A stretch of DNA of 64,000 nt. It comes from Felis catus. Taxonomy: Eukaryota. Where the stretch lies: NCBI RefSeq assembly GCF_018350175.1, contig NC_058368.1, positions 23,128,001 through 23,192,000 of the forward strand, written 5' to 3'. Positions 13,630-27,662 of this stretch are shown here, piece by piece. The notes beneath the pieces were generated by a model that saw only the letters and a list, made by a program, of their open reading frames with translations, was not told the DNA's origin and ran no database searches. How positions within the stretch are numbered: position 1 is the first letter of the stretch; each line of letters begins with the position of its first letter. The position numbers and the translations under genes were made by a program.

Positions 13630-14486
13630 AGAAATCTGTCCTTAAAGAAATCAACCCCACCTTTCCCTTGAGTGATATATAGAGATACAAACGGTAAAAA
13701 TTTCCATTTCCCAGGTTTGCTTTTATTGCTGTGTTCAACATCATGCAGATCAAAATTCTTAAGTTTGTTATCATTCTATTAAGGAAAACAATTCCCATCA
13801 TTCTACAAACTACAGAGCTAGGGTTGGTTTTTGACTATACCATTATTTATGATGTTACCATTATGCTTATTTCAGGTCCATTTCAGTTTTTCAGAATGTG
13901 TCTATTGTGTCATATAGATTTTTGTCTCTCAGAACATATTACTATGTTCTGCTATATGTGACAACATTCAGATATAGTCATAATCCTAGGTCCCAGTGTT
14001 CTTGTTAATCTACGCACTTGAATTGTCACAGTCAGGTGGATTGCACAGGGACATTATCACACCAGCTGCTCTGCTCTGCAATTAGCAGGCCTGGTATGGA
14101 ATGTTCAGAGTAAGTTGGAGTTCCCGTGGACTCTGGACATTTGCCTTTCTGAGTCTCTGCCTTTGACTTTCCCTTTGGGAATCATGCCATAAAGGTCACT
14201 GTTTCCTGTTCCAAATACTCCTTTTAGTTTCTGTTTTGTGAGAACTCTGTATAAAGCTTTTTCCCTTGACCATTTGTCCTCCCAAGCCTGAGATTGCTTC
14301 TGAAGTGGAGAGAATTGAATAAACCCAGGATTCCTTTCTGGGAACTGGGCACTTGTCATCAAAGAGTGAAGTATCTTTGGAGAAGCTTGTGGCACCAGGA
14401 TTTGAGGTGAGAGAGGAGAAAGGGGGCTCAGCCCATTATTTAAAACCTGCATTTGCTCCTTGTCAAAATGCTCATTGGCCATCTGG

Positions 14487-14597
14487 TAGGTGACCAACTG
14501 TGCCAATTTGTCTGGGTTTGAGGGGTTGCCCAGGGCATGGGACTTTCAGTGTTAAAACTGGCAAAGTTCCAGGTAAACTGGACCGGTTGGTCATACC
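14487..14597. mobile_element. hAT-type MITE (MER81-like)
   Basis: ~110 bp with inverted termini taggtgaccaactg ... cggttggtcata; internal gggactttcagtgttaaaactgg. Confidence 0.7.
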
Positions 14598-14812
14598 AGT
14601 ATGGGTTTAGGACTGTATGAATCCTTTCTTTGCTCCTGTCTCTCTCTATAGTTAATTGTTCTTCCTTTTACCACAGATCTGCCAAGTGTTGTTTCTTATG
14701 CGTCCTAATAAAACCCATGATGTCTGAAAACAATTACATATTAAGGATTTACTACATTTCATGTGTGTTAACCATGGAAAACCTTTCATTTGAGTTTAAA
14801 AATCACATAAAA

Positions 14813-15048
14813 AGGTGCCTGGGTGTCTCAGTTGGTTAAGGGTCCCACTCTTGATTTCGTGTCAGGTCATGATCTCAAAGTTCATGAGTTTGACCCCATG
14901 TCTGGCTCTGTGCTAACAGTGTGGAGTCTGTTTGGGATTCTTTCTCTTCCTCTCTCTCTGTCCCTCCCCAACTTGTACTTTCTCTTTCTCTCTCAAAAAC
15001 AAACTTAAAAATTTTTTTCTAATAAAAAAATTAAAAAAAAAAAAAGAA
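14813..15048 (+). mobile_element. CAN-SINE
   Basis: ggtgcctgggtgtctcagttggttaag head, CT tract, A tail. Confidence 0.9.
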
Positions 15049-17889
15049 ATTACCTAAACATGAACTTGAGACAGGCATGCCTGCACCAGTCTACCATAAT
15101 AATTTATCATCATTTTTAGGCACAGAGTGAAGGTTGACTGTTATGTGCCATGTCGGATGCTGGGGAAATGGGGAGCTGAATGGATAAACAGATAAATGCC
15201 ACAGAGTTACCAGTGTTAGGCAAGTGGTGTAGGAGGCTAAGGAACAAAGTGATTCCTGTGGGCTGGGACTTAATGCTGGGAGAGGCTTAAAACAGGAAGT
15301 GGGATGTGGAGAGGACTGGAGAGGAATCCGGAAGAAAAGGTAGACTCTAGATGAGAAGACTATTCCAGGCAGAAGAAAACAGCTGCCTGTAGACTCAGGA
15401 ATGTGTGGGTGGGATCTGTATAGGCAAGTTGCCCTGAAGCTGAGTTTTCAAATGGGTGATCAGTTTGAGGAGGGGGTGTAGGACCATTCTAGCATTTCTG
15501 TACTGCTGCTTTTGCAATTACTCTAGACCCAGTGAGTACATCTTTACCAAACAGAGAGAGCCCTTCTTTTTCCTCCTGTCCCTCCGCCAGCTTTTGTAGG
15601 TTAGGCCTGGCATCTGTAAAGAATGACCTGACTTTCTCAGTAAATATTTGGGGTGCAAAGAACCAGAGCATTGTCAAAACTCTGTGTGACTACTCCACCC
15701 TTCCTCCTATTGAGTCCAGCGCAGAGTAGGGCGGACCACAGAGTGTGGCCAAGGAAACTATCCTTCACCCCCTTGTAAACAAGCTTTGGCACAGAGACTC
15801 GGAGCACCAGCCCCTGCGCCCCAGTTCTCAGCAAAAGCAGCGAACATTTGTAGGTGAAATGGGGCTGTTAAAGGACTACTGGTCTCCCTTACGCTGTAAT
15901 GCTCATTAGTGGGTTTTCAGTGACCTTATCATAGACTGGACGTAGCAAATTATCACAGCTCAATTTTACCAAAATGACCTTTGCCTTACACAAATCCCAT
16001 TGTTCTTTATTGAAAAGAAACCCTTTCAATCTGGGCAAAGACAACGTGAAGATGTGTTGGGGAACCAGATACAACCGTCATCATAAATGGTGATGACCAA
16101 GGAAGACAGAGGCAAAAGCAGAAAGTGCCTTCAGTGAGATTTGGGAGGAGGGACACCAGGGAAGTTCTTGTACCTCTTCCACAGCTTTCCAGCTAAAAAT
16201 TCCTGCTCATGTAAAGAAGAGCTTTAATCTGTAAATTCTCCTGGGAAGATTATGCCTGTCTTTACTCTCACACTAAAGAGACTGCATCAGTACTTTCCCT
16301 TTGGTGAGGAATAGGTAGGGACTTCAGTGCTTAAAAAGAAGTGTCTGTAAATATAAAAAAATGCTGCCAAAAAGAAGGCTTAGCATCTTAAAATCAAATT
16401 CTTTGCATCTAATTGTTTTGGGGGAAAGTTGTTATAGCCTTTATCTGAAATGGGTTGCATCACAACAGCATTCAGGAAAACTGTCTTTTATTTTCCTTGC
16501 TTTGGATTTGTACTTCTTTAATACTCTATGGTCTTCATGGTCTACCATCTCCCTTTCGTTGTTCAGTTTCCTTCCTTTGCTCTCAAACTCTTTTGTAAAC
16601 TATTTTAAACTGTCCCATTTCTGCTCCTGAATTTCCCCCTTGGTTCCCAGTGGTCGTGTTTATTTATTAGCTCACAATGATTGCTTCCTTTCTCAGGTCT
16701 GGAGAAGTGTGACTGTGCTAAGGTGCATGGATACAAGACATAAATATCATTGAATTGATGACTGCATCTATTAAAAATATTGGGATCATCTTTCTGCTTT
16801 CATTGTTTTATTTGAAAACATAGGTTGACAACTGATACTTCTGTACTGTAAAAAATGGGAGGGAAATTCCATTAGACGGTGTGGATTAATCAGACACACT
16901 TTTCTTTAAAAACAAAAACCCTACTTTGATCATTACTTCCTGTGCCTGTTGGTTCTTAATCATAGCTGCAGCTGAAACTCTTCTCCCCATTCTTTTAGTC
17001 TCTGGTATCTTCTTACCCACATCTCTTTGTAAATCATTATTATTATTTTTTTTTAATTTGCAATCGGTTCTGCCCTTGGTAGTGTCAGTTAAAACACTCT
17101 CATTGGAATTAAATGCCAAGGTATGGTGTTTGCAATTAGGTTAAATGTTTCCTTGGAATGGGTCCAGTTGTTTTTTATCTTTTTTGATAAGCAATGGCTT
17201 TCAAGGTCCTGGCTTGAAGATTCTTATTTTGAATTAGGAATCCTTATCTCTACATAATTTGAACAATCCCAGACTATACAGGCATTGCCTAGGTCCACCA
17301 GACAGTTCTCCATTAGCACTGCTCAGTGTGAAAGTCTAGAGAAGAACTTAGGCAGTCATGGTGGACCAGGCAGCTTAACCAAGAACATCCAAAGTATCTA
17401 CTAGGAGAATATTCTAACATTTATGTCAGTTTAAATACCCCTGGCAAGTCATACTGTTCTCTAAAAGTTCAGTCAGTCCTGGTTCATGGCTCAAAGCACT
17501 TTGTGTGTATCAGCCCATTAGCCCTCTGCATTCCTCTGAGTCAGAGAGCTGACAAGTGGAAATAACCCCATTTCCAAATGTGGACTCCAATGCACAGAAA
17601 GCTTAAATAACTGCAACGGGATCACTAATTCAAGCAGCAAAACAGCACACACATGGGACCAAGAGCGTATCACAATGTTCCATAGGGTTGGATGTAGTAA
17701 CAACCTCTGCCGGTGTTCCTTTGAGGGGCAGAGACAGCATCTGTGGCAAGATAAAGCACCTCTGCCTGAACTCCTCTTTATCCTTAATGCTTGGAAGAAA
17801 ACCAGCTACTTCAGACAACATCATTCATGTAGGGAAGTCTTGTTTCCTGGGCCATCCCCTCTCTGAGCCAATTTTCTTTCAGCCATGGC

Positions 17890-18125
17890 CAAGAGTATGG
17901 ACGCTAGGACTAGAAATGCCAGCGTTCGAACCTTGATCCTACCAGTATGACCCTGGGCCAGTTTCTTAACCTCTCTACGACTCAGTTTCATCATCTGTAA
18001 AATGGTGATTAGTAACAGTATGTACCTCAGACAGGGTGCTGTGGGGATCAAATACGCTAATTCATGTAAAGCACTTAGAACAGAACCTGGCACATAAGTA
18101 CTCAATAAATATTAGTTGTTTCTCT
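17890..18125 (+). mobile_element. MIR
   Basis: tgaccctgggccagtttcttaacctctct..ctcagtttcatcatctgtaaaatgg core; aagcacttagaacag..cctggcacataagtactcaataaat. Confidence 0.85.
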
Positions 18126-18837
18126 TGTTATTTAATATGCTTCCTTTCCTTTTCTGGGAAGCTTTTTCATTCCAGGGCCTTCACATTCTCTTACTTCCTC
18201 TTCCCATCAAAACAGCAAAGGATCCAGTATCAGCTATTAACATTTTAGTGAGACCAGCTGGTTTGCTTATCAAGCATTGTCTCCAATTGTGGAATGAAAA
18301 ACTTGATTCCCTGTTTAAGGAAGTTGGGGTACCACAAATGTTTTGAGGTAGTAGGGGAAAGTGGGAGATGAGAACGAAAAATCTCAATTAGCCTCAAAGA
18401 TATCTGAAGGAACCTGCTCAAGTATTTACCAGGCCCCTTTTCTGCTAAAGAGCAGGTCTACCTACTTGCCCAGAACCCCTTCCTTCTTCTAAAATCCCTC
18501 TCCATCCCTATTCTGTTCCTTCCTATGTCAACACGAACAACTTTCCCTTTCCTCACCCTTAGTATTTTATCCTTCTCTCCTCTCACTTTAGACCAAGACC
18601 TTTAAATGCCAGGAATGCAGGGCCTGTTTTCACGCATCTTCTGCTCCATCAGCCACTTCTGGCCTTGGTTCTCTTTGTCCCAACCCTGCTTTGCCATGAT
18701 GGTACTATTGTGAGGACCAAAAGTGAGAAGAGTTAAGCTATGAAAGTAAAATTTGCATATACCAGTTATGCCTGATTGTCTATTGGCATAATAATATAGA
18801 GTTTGTATTATTAAATATATAAAACATTAACTTTATT

Positions 18838-19294
18838 TTTTATTTTTTTATTTACATTTATTTATTAATTTTTTTTAAATTTTTTTTTCAACATTTATTT
18901 ATTTTTTGGGGGACAGAGAGAGACAGAGCATGAACGGGGGAGGGGCAGAGAGAGAGGGAGACACAGAATCGGAAACAGGCTCCAGGCTCTGAGCCATCAG
19001 CCCAGAGCCCGACGCGGGGCTCGAACTCAGGGACCGCGAGATCGTGACCTGGCTGAAGTCGGAGGCTTAACCGACTGCGCCACCCAGGCGCCCCTACATT
19101 TATTTATTTTTGATAGAGAGAGACAGAGCACAAGTGGGGGAGGGGCAGAGAGAGAGGGAGACACAGAATTCGAAGCAGGCTCCAGGCTCCGAGCTGTCAG
19201 CACAAAGCCCGATGTGGGGCTCGAACCCACGAACTGCAAGATCATGACCTGAACCGAAGTCGGAGCTTAACCAACTGAGCCACCCAGGTGCCCC
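18838..19294 (-). mobile_element. Host CAN-SINE (body 19095-19294) spanning the nested copy
   Basis: Outer TSD taaaacattaactttatt at 18820-18837 and 19295-19312. Confidence 0.93.
18867..19094 (-). mobile_element. Young felid SINE nested in the tail of an older SINE
   Basis: CpG-intact copy; TSD tacatttatttatt at 18853-18866 and 19095-19108. Confidence 0.95.
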
Positions 19295-19985
19295 TAAAAC
19301 ATTAACTTTATTAATCTCTATTCTGAAATAACAAAACTGTTCACATATGCTTGGCGTTCTTAATTAGTCGCTGTCTGTAGCCTTATCATTTGATCACAGC
19401 CTTGTCCACGGCATTTTTCCTGCCAGGCATGTGTAATTAAATACATGAAATTCAACTCCTAACCCTTTGCTACATGGGGGAGACTAAGGCTGAGGAATGG
19501 AGAGGAGAAGGGACCCCAGGGGAGGGTAGACGTGAGACAAAGAACTCCCAGAAGCCAGGGATAACTTTCCCCCGGGCCTTTCCCTCAATGTCACCACCCA
19601 GAGGTAATATCTGAAAACCACAAGCCTTAAAAATTAATGAATCTCAGATTTAACCTCTAGTCATCCTTGAATGACAATCTACATTTCAGAGCCTTTTTCT
19701 TAACATAAATAGAAATTACAGTTCATATCACATGTTTAAATGACTTAAGCAATTTAACAAAAACCCTGGCCAGTTCTTCTTAGAGTGCTAGGCAAATTCG
19801 AGGTGGTTAATTTCTTAGTCAAAGTTTTCTCACCTGCTTTTTATGCCCTTTGTTTAAAATAATATTATTTGTATTAATATATGAAATACACAGGCACTTA
19901 AATTTTTTACTCACTATCTCACCAATGTTCTATTATTCATGTTTTAAAAGCTTCTGTGTATATTCACAGTAGCTCCAAATAACGG

Positions 19986-20196
19986 ATTTTTTTTAATTTA
20001 TTTATTTTGAGAGAGACAGTGGGAGTGAGCAAGGGAGAGGGAGAGACAGAAAGAGGGAGAGAGAGAATCCCAAGCAGGCTCCACACTGTCAGTGCAGAGC
20101 CCAATGTAGGGCTCAGACCTACAAACTGGGAGATCATGGCTGGAGCTGAAACTAAGAGTCAGACACTTAGCCTACTGAGCCACCCAGGTGCCCCCC
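19986..20196 (-). mobile_element. CAN-SINE
   Basis: TSD caaataac(g/a)gatttt. Confidence 0.92.
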
Positions 20197-20439
20197 AAAT
20201 AACAGATTTTTATTTCCTTGAAGCTGGTCTCTTGTTAACTGTTTCCCATGACACTGTCAGTCATAAACCCTTCAAATAAAATCAAGATCACACTTGTGAG
20301 CATAGACACCAAGTGTTAGAAGGAATGCCTTCAGCGGGCCCAACTTTAAACGTTGCCTCTGTTTTTCTAGCGCAAGTGGGAAGTATGCCTGACCTCATTG
20401 TAATCAGTTTAGGACATACAGTGCTGTTGTTGTTGTTGT

Positions 20440-20546
20440 TTAAGATTTTATTTTTCAAGCACTCTCCATACCCATCATGGGGCCAGAACCCACAACCCTG
20501 AGATCGAGAGCCACATGCTCCACTGACTGAGTTAGCCAGGTGCCCC
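20440..20546 (-). mobile_element. Short CAN-SINE variant with (GTT)n tail
   Basis: cacaaccctgagatcgagagccacatgctccactgactgag..ccaggtgcccc. Confidence 0.82.
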
Positions 20547-20809
20547 TAGGAAATATAGCTTTTATTTTTGGTCCAATAATGCAATGGTTTCCAAACTATG
20601 TTCCATAAAAACTTTAGATCAGTGAGGGATTTTTGAGCGTCTTAGAAAAAAAGGGCATATCGCAGAATATGCTTTTGATTTGTGTCCCAGTTCATCTTTT
20701 CCAATCACCACCCCGTGACCAGTTACTACTCTATGAGCAATTAAGTAGAAATCTTGCTTATGTTTGGACAAATAGGTTACAATTCACATTTTATAAGTCA
20801 GGTCATACT

Positions 20810-21050
20810 TTATGTTTGCTATTTATCAAGTATGTATTATATGCCAGCATTGACTTGGATTATTCACATTAGTCTTAACAACTCTGTGACATAGGTCCCC
20901 TTATTATCCCCTTCAACAGATGAAGAAGCAGAGACTTAGGAGATGAGGAAACTTGCTCAAAGTCTCAGAGAAAAAGAAATCAGGTCAAGACTGAAACCCT
21001 AGCATTTAGCTCCCAAGTCCATGCTCTTTAAACACCCTGCTCTGTTACCT
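20810..21050 (-). mobile_element. MIR
   Basis: attatccccttcaacagatgaagaagcagagacttagg..aacttgctcaaagtc. Confidence 0.75.
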
Positions 21051-23738
21051 CCTTAATAGAGGCAATTGCTGCAGAATAATCTACAAATCAAGCTTTCCCT
21101 TTGTATGGTATGTTTGGCCCTCCTCTCCAACATACCCCCCTTGATGAACGTATGAATTATAAGCTTGGCATTTGTGTGAATCATCTACCAAGGGGCACCC
21201 TTGTGTAAGAGAGTCCCAGAGCTGTTTTCCATGCAGTTAGTTGAGAGTCTATGTTCCCAAGTTCCACAGGCCAGGAGAATGGCAAAGACTCTGTTATCCG
21301 ATGACCCTTCTTATGGCACAACCTCCTCCCAAAGGTCAGCATTGCTCAGGGAGGGGAACTACAGGCCTTCCATGCCCCCAGCTCCTTCAGTTCCTGGGCA
21401 TGCTGTTTTTGGAGACTGCCTCCTCATGGCTGCTTATAGGTCTGCAGGGGCCTTCATGAGGAGGCCATTTCTCCATTTCTTGGAGGGATCAACGGATTAC
21501 TGTTCTCTTATTATTCCATTTTGTCAGTGTCTGAGTTGCCATGGAGGGATACAGGTTTTGCTGTGGGTGACCTGACCAAATCCTTCAATAGCAACAAATG
21601 GTTCCCTGGAACTCACCACTGCCACACTGAAGCTTGCAAGCAAGGCCACACTGACTGCATTCCCAAATCTCCTCCACCCCTCATTCCCCCACAAGTCTAT
21701 CCATTATGAGGACTGCTCAGTGGCCCAAGAAACCCATAACCCATTCTGTGTCAAATAGATAGAGCCGTTGCCTCTCAGGATTGCTACTCCATGGACAGGG
21801 TGTATCAAAGGGTGTAACTGCCCATTTATCTCTCAATCTTTTCCAATAGACTAGAAGCTCCTTAAGGGCGGTTACAGTTAATCACACATTGTTATAAGTA
21901 ATGTGATGGCCTTTCTGAGCACTAAGGGGGCACCTGCAAATGGCCTTGATCTTTCCATTTTCTCTTTGGGTCAGGCATATTCCATCTCATTGTGACCTCT
22001 GACCAACCTCATTAGGCTCTTCAGGGTCTGGGCTAAAGTTCAATTTATAAAAGACAAGTGGAAAATGCCACACCCTTTGATAATGAAACCAGCCCACTTC
22101 AGAAGCAAAAGTAATACTGAGAGAAAACATGTTTTGCAGCTTGGGTCAGCTTTCTTCCTTTCTTTTTTTCAAATGAATTACTTGAAGCTTTGAAGCACTG
22201 GAAAACAGGAATGTCTAAGTTATCAAGGCCCTTATCCAGTCAATTCAAAATATTTATCCTGAATTACAAATTCACTTTCTAGGCTTCAGTGGGTGCACTG
22301 CAGTGTTTACAGTTAAAGATGTCTCAGAACAATTATTTTGTCATGCACCTTAACTCTGAACATGTTGATGAAGCAAACTACCTTGTAGTTCTTTCTAAAT
22401 GTTCTAGACCCAGGAGGACATTCATATTTCCAATGGATCTTAACTTGGAACACCCCTGCTGCTCCATCACACCCTCTACAGGCTTCCTAGAATAACCATG
22501 GCTTAGACCTTCTTCACTTCCCTGAAGGCAACATTTTGCCCTCCATCCTACTGCTTCAAAAATGTATTAAATTAAAGGTCTTCACATTCTTGATTCACAA
22601 TTCAGTCAATTCTTTTGCTCCACAAAACACCCTGATATTTGTTACAAACACCCTGAGTGTCTTGGCCCTTTGTTGGCCTGACCCAATAATGACTCAAATA
22701 CCCCAAAAATCCTCTTGGTTAGAAGAGTGAATATAATTAGAACCTGATAGATTCTAGACACCATGCTAGGTATTTTCATTTGTATTATTTCATTTAACTC
22801 TCAAACTAATATTACAAGGCAGGTAGAGCAGTAGTTGGTACATAGTGGGCACTCATGAAACACTTGGTGAATGAGTGAAGAAATTACAATTCCTATCTTA
22901 CAGTCTAGAAAACCACAGATGAAACAGATCATATCATTTTCTTGAGACCACTTGGCCAAGCAGGTCTGCCTCTTCCCTGGCCATGCCCTCTGTACCATGT
23001 GACTTCGGGCCTGTAAGGGTTAAATACACTCTCTGAGAAGGCTTATGCTTCGTCACCACTTGACGCCCTAAGGATTTTCTAAATCATTGTAATCAACACT
23101 TACTAAGCCCCCTCAAGTACTCAAAATCCTTTAATCCTCAAATGTGAAAACAAAAAGTAAGGCTTTATCTTTATGTCCGTGTTAAATAAAAGTTTCTCTT
23201 GAACCTCATTGGTCTTGGATATCAATTATCCAAAGAAGTGTAGAGAAATTCTCAGGAAAATTCACGGGGCAAAATTAATTTTAATGGCTTTAATTTACAC
23301 AAGAGCCATGAAGTAACACTAGCTTCTTGACACAGTCTTTGCCACATCGCCCTTTGTCTGCCCTGATGAGCTCCAACTCCTTTCCATACTTTGGGTTCCC
23401 TCTCTCTCCCTTCTGCTCCCCAGAGTGCTCCTCTGCGTCCTGAGACTTCCACGGCTCCCTCCCACCTCTCAGCTTATTCCTATCTGTGAGCCATTATTTA
23501 TGATCCATCCTGCACCCTAAAGACTTCTGTGTCTCCTAGGACTTTGTGTATGTGGTGTGTGTGTGTGTGGGGGGGGGGTGTTTTCCCATGACTTATTAAA
23601 AGTAAGGCCATTCTTATTTCACATACAGTCTGCCTCCTCTTCCAATAGTGGACAATTGCTTTAGTGGACATTTGTGGCACTGGCTATATAGTCCTTAGTA
23701 TTATCTTCCCAATTGGATTGGACATTTTTTGCCCCGTC

Positions 23739-24131
23739 TTTTTTTTTTTTTTTTAATTTAAATCCAAGTTAGTTAAGATATAGTCTAATAATGATTTCAG
23801 GAATAGAATTTAGTGATTCATCACTTACATATAACACCGAGTGCTCATCGCAAGTGTCCTCCTTAACGCCCCTTGCCCATTTAGTCCACCCTCCACCTGA
23901 CCACTCCAGCAGGCCTCAGTTTGTTCTCTGTATTTAAGAGTCTCTTATGGTTTGTCTCCCTCTTTGTTTTTGTATTATGTTTGCTTCCCTTCCCTTATGT
24001 TCATCTGTTTTGTATTTTAAATTCCACAAATGAGTGAAATCATATGATATTTGTATTTCTCTGACTGACTTACTTAGCGTAATACTTTCTAATTCTATCT
24101 ATGTTGTTGCAAATGGCAAGATTTCATTCTG
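23739..24131 (-). mobile_element. 5'-truncated carnivore L1 3' end
   Basis: Poly(T), then gattcatcacttacatataacacc..gtgctcatc..gttgcaaatggcaagatttcattct. Confidence 0.88.
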
Positions 24132-26559
24132 TCCCATCTAAGATACTCCTAAACCTGTCTTAATTGTTCCTGGGTGTAAGAAGTATGTGGTGAAAGTTCT
24201 ACTAAGTACTCTTGATAAGCCACTCTCATTCCCTTCTGGGCACCAAATAGAAGAGGAGCTTCTGAATTTCTACAAAAAAAAGAATAATCATCCTGGTAAT
24301 AGCAATGTATACAGTTCTCTTTATATCCTTAAACTGGATTTTGGGCCATGTTCCTCAAATTCATCAAGCTCAAAGATGAACTCCCCATTTCTCCAGACCT
24401 GTTCCTTCTCATGTCTTCTTCACTAAACTGATGATACTACCTTCCCCACATCACCACCTAATTTAATCATTTAACTCTTCTCCATCCCCCTACCCACACT
24501 TCCCTCTCATCTAAATTCAATTAGTCAGCCCTTGTTATTTATCTACTAAATATATTTGAAGTTGTCTACTCCTTTTCATTCCCCACTCTTCCTATCTTGG
24601 TTCAGACCCACATTACTACTTCCCGGGACTGTTGCAATATTTCTTTACCTGGTTTCCTTCCTCCTGTCTCTCCCAACTCCCCTTCAACCCATTTGCTACA
24701 TGATTGTGTTGTTCTCTTGCTTAAAAAGCACTCGGTGACCTCTTATAAAACCAAGTCAAATTTTATTGATTTCTAGCTTAATTGAATCTAATCAGAAAAA
24801 CTTTATAAAATCTCTAAGATCTCTTGTTAAGATTTTCTTTGTAGCTAAATACATGACCCATATTAGTAGATGCTTCATCAAAATAGAAAAGAATATATGG
24901 TGCTTGTTTCTATCTCACAAAGAGAAAGGTCTATATTCACCTTTTGTAGTGTCCATATCCTAACATGTTTCTACTAAATTGAGCTTGATTAAATTTTTCC
25001 ATAGAATGTTATTTTGTGTTTATTTGATATCTGGAATTTAAAAATCTACTTACCAATGGCTATATTATAATGGTGTTTTGTCAGTTTCCTTATGTTTCTA
25101 GTTTGTTGGGGTTTGTTTTTGTTTTTATAATTGGAAGATATAATTAGTGTACTCATTTTTGCAGTTAGGAAAACATTTTTGTTGAAAAAACTTTTACCAT
25201 TTTTTTTTAAGTCTTGGAAATAAAAATGTCTTTCATGATATGACTTTCCTTTAACCCTCCAGACTTTTCTTCTGCTATTCCCTACTTTTCTCTTTATATT
25301 CTACTAATACAGCCTGCTTCTGGTACTTCAGCTCCTTCAAATACACTTGTAATTTTGCTCTTCCTGACATTCCTGTGTAACTATAACTTGACCTTTATGT
25401 CTGAGCTCAGCTGTTATATCTTGAACCTCTTTGTAAACCCATAGCGCCTGTGCTTACCTGTCTTCTCCCTTTCCACCTTATGTTACCTGTGTACATGTCT
25501 GTGTTTCTCACTAGACTGTAAGTCCCTGAGAACATGGGCCAGATCGTCATTTGTTTTGCTCCTACACAAGGCCTGAAACATAATAGGTTGCTTAATTTTC
25601 TTGTACTGTACCCAGCCAAACTGATCTCCCAATGGTCATCACACTTGGGAGCCTTGTCCCATTCCGCCCCATCTTCCTGATGTCCAACATGATTGATCAA
25701 CCTGGGTTTCTGTCATCCCTTCACTTCCCCCTGGCTCTTTACCTCTTCACCAGGAGGTAGCTTCTCTTCCAGGTTCTTTTGCCACATCTTCCAAGAGTAA
25801 CCACCTCAGGGTTTTTGCTGTCTTGCCTCAGAAGTGGTTTCTTGCCGTTCAGCATCACCCCCTAGAGACTGAGTGGGAGAGAAACGGGTCCATCAGACAT
25901 GAGGCCATTCAATACTTTTTGTTCTGAATCTATGCTCTTGAAGCTACTTTTGGATCGTAGCTGGACTAACCACATTGAAAAGTAGTTGATCCATAAACCC
26001 GAACATCTATGATCACTCAGGAGTTATATTTTTCATTATAACTGCATTAATTTGCATTCCGTTTTAATTAATTCACTTCTTGAAGAATTCACTTGTATAA
26101 CCATTACTGTTTTATTCAAAGTCCTTAGGTTGCAAGAAATAAAACTCAATCAAACTAGCTTGTGTAATGGAGCAGGGGTAGGATCCTTTTGATGCAGCAA
26201 TAAGGGAGACAAGAGATCATGGGAATTTATGAACAGAGCACAGGATAAAGCTGACTGAACCTTTTGGGAATTGAACCTGGAAAACTGTCAGGAACTGGGC
26301 TGCTAGGGACTGACACTCGCTCCCCTCCCTCTCTCATGGGCCACATGTACTCTTCTTTCCCACTACCCTTTTCTTTCCCTGTACTCTGCATACCTTTCCT
26401 TTTCCTCACAGCATCTACATATCCTTACCGCCTTATAAATCTGGCTTACACAATTTATCATGGCCTCTTTGGCTTTTCTCTGTGTTAATTTCATTCTCTC
26501 TCTCTCCTTAATTTTTCACAAAGAGAGTTGATGCCAGGTTATCTTTTCAAACTGTGGAT

Positions 26560-27425
26560 AAATGTATCTGTAATCAGTCAACCTTCCTCCATCTCTACGG
26601 CTACTATTGGTCAAATGACTACCATTTCTCACCTGAATCACTACGATGATTTTACTACCACTGTCTTCCTCCCCTCCCAATCCATTTTCCATACACTTCA
26701 GAGATTTCCCATTGCTTACATGATAAAGTACAGATATTTTAACATTCTTTTTTTTTTTAACGTTTATTTTTGAGACAGAGAGAGACAGAGCATGAACAGG
26801 GGAGGGTTAGAGAGAGGGAGACACAGAATCTGAAACAGGCTCCAGGCTCTGAGCTGTCAGCACAGAGCCCGACGCGGGGCTCGAACTCACGGACCGCAAG
26901 ATCATGACCTGAGCCGAAGTCGGCCGCTTAACCGACTGAGCCACCCAGGCGCCCCTTAACATTCTTATAATACACTTCATGTTGTAGCCTCATGACCTGG
27001 TCCCTAGGTACTTCACCAGCCTCATTTCTTACTTCTCAATCTTGTACTCTACCTCCCATCATACTGAAATTATTTAAGTTGCTTAAAATATGCTATGTTT
27101 TCCCTCACCTCTGGTTATATGCTGTTCCTTCATTAGGAGAGCTCTTCCTCTTCTAGAACTGGACTTCTCTTACTTAGTCTTCAGCTCTCAGCTTAAACAC
27201 CACTTCTTCCAGGAAGTCTTCCTTGATCAGGTTACTTGACTATGCTGTTATATGCTCCCATAGCACTGCACTTTCCCTATCTTAGCAAAATAACTTATGT
27301 TTGCCTATTTAATTGTCAGTCTTTCTAGGTAGAGTGTAAGCTTGAGGGTAGCAAGGAAGGTGTCTGTTTTGCTCACCATTATATATATCCCTGGCGCATA
27401 ACAGTCACTTCATAAATATTTGATA
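26560..27425 (+). mobile_element. L2 remnant interrupted by a SINE
   Basis: tctcagcttaaacaccacttcttccaggaagtcttcct; cataaatatttg end. Confidence 0.6.
26750..26955 (-). mobile_element. Young felid CAN-SINE
   Basis: CpG-rich; TSD ttaacattctt at 26739-26749 and 26956-26966. Confidence 0.95.
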
Positions 27426-27427
27426 AA

Positions 27428-27662
27428 GGGCACCTGGGTGGCTCAGTCACTTAAGCATCTGACTTCCACTCAGGTCATGATCTTATGGTTCACGAGTTCA
27501 TGTCCTACATCAGGAGAGCACAAGCCCCACTTTGGGTGAACATGAGCCCCACTTCTCTGTCTCCCTCTCTCTGCCCCTCGTGGGATTCTCTCTCTCCCTC
27601 TTTCTCTGACTCTTGCTCACTTGTGCCCTCTGTCTCTCAAAAAAAAAAAAAAAAAAAAAAAA
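27428..27662 (+). mobile_element. CAN-SINE variant with atypical middle section
   Basis: Standard head; internal gagcacaagccccactt..gaacatgagccccactt; pure A tail of ~24 nt. Confidence 0.88.
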
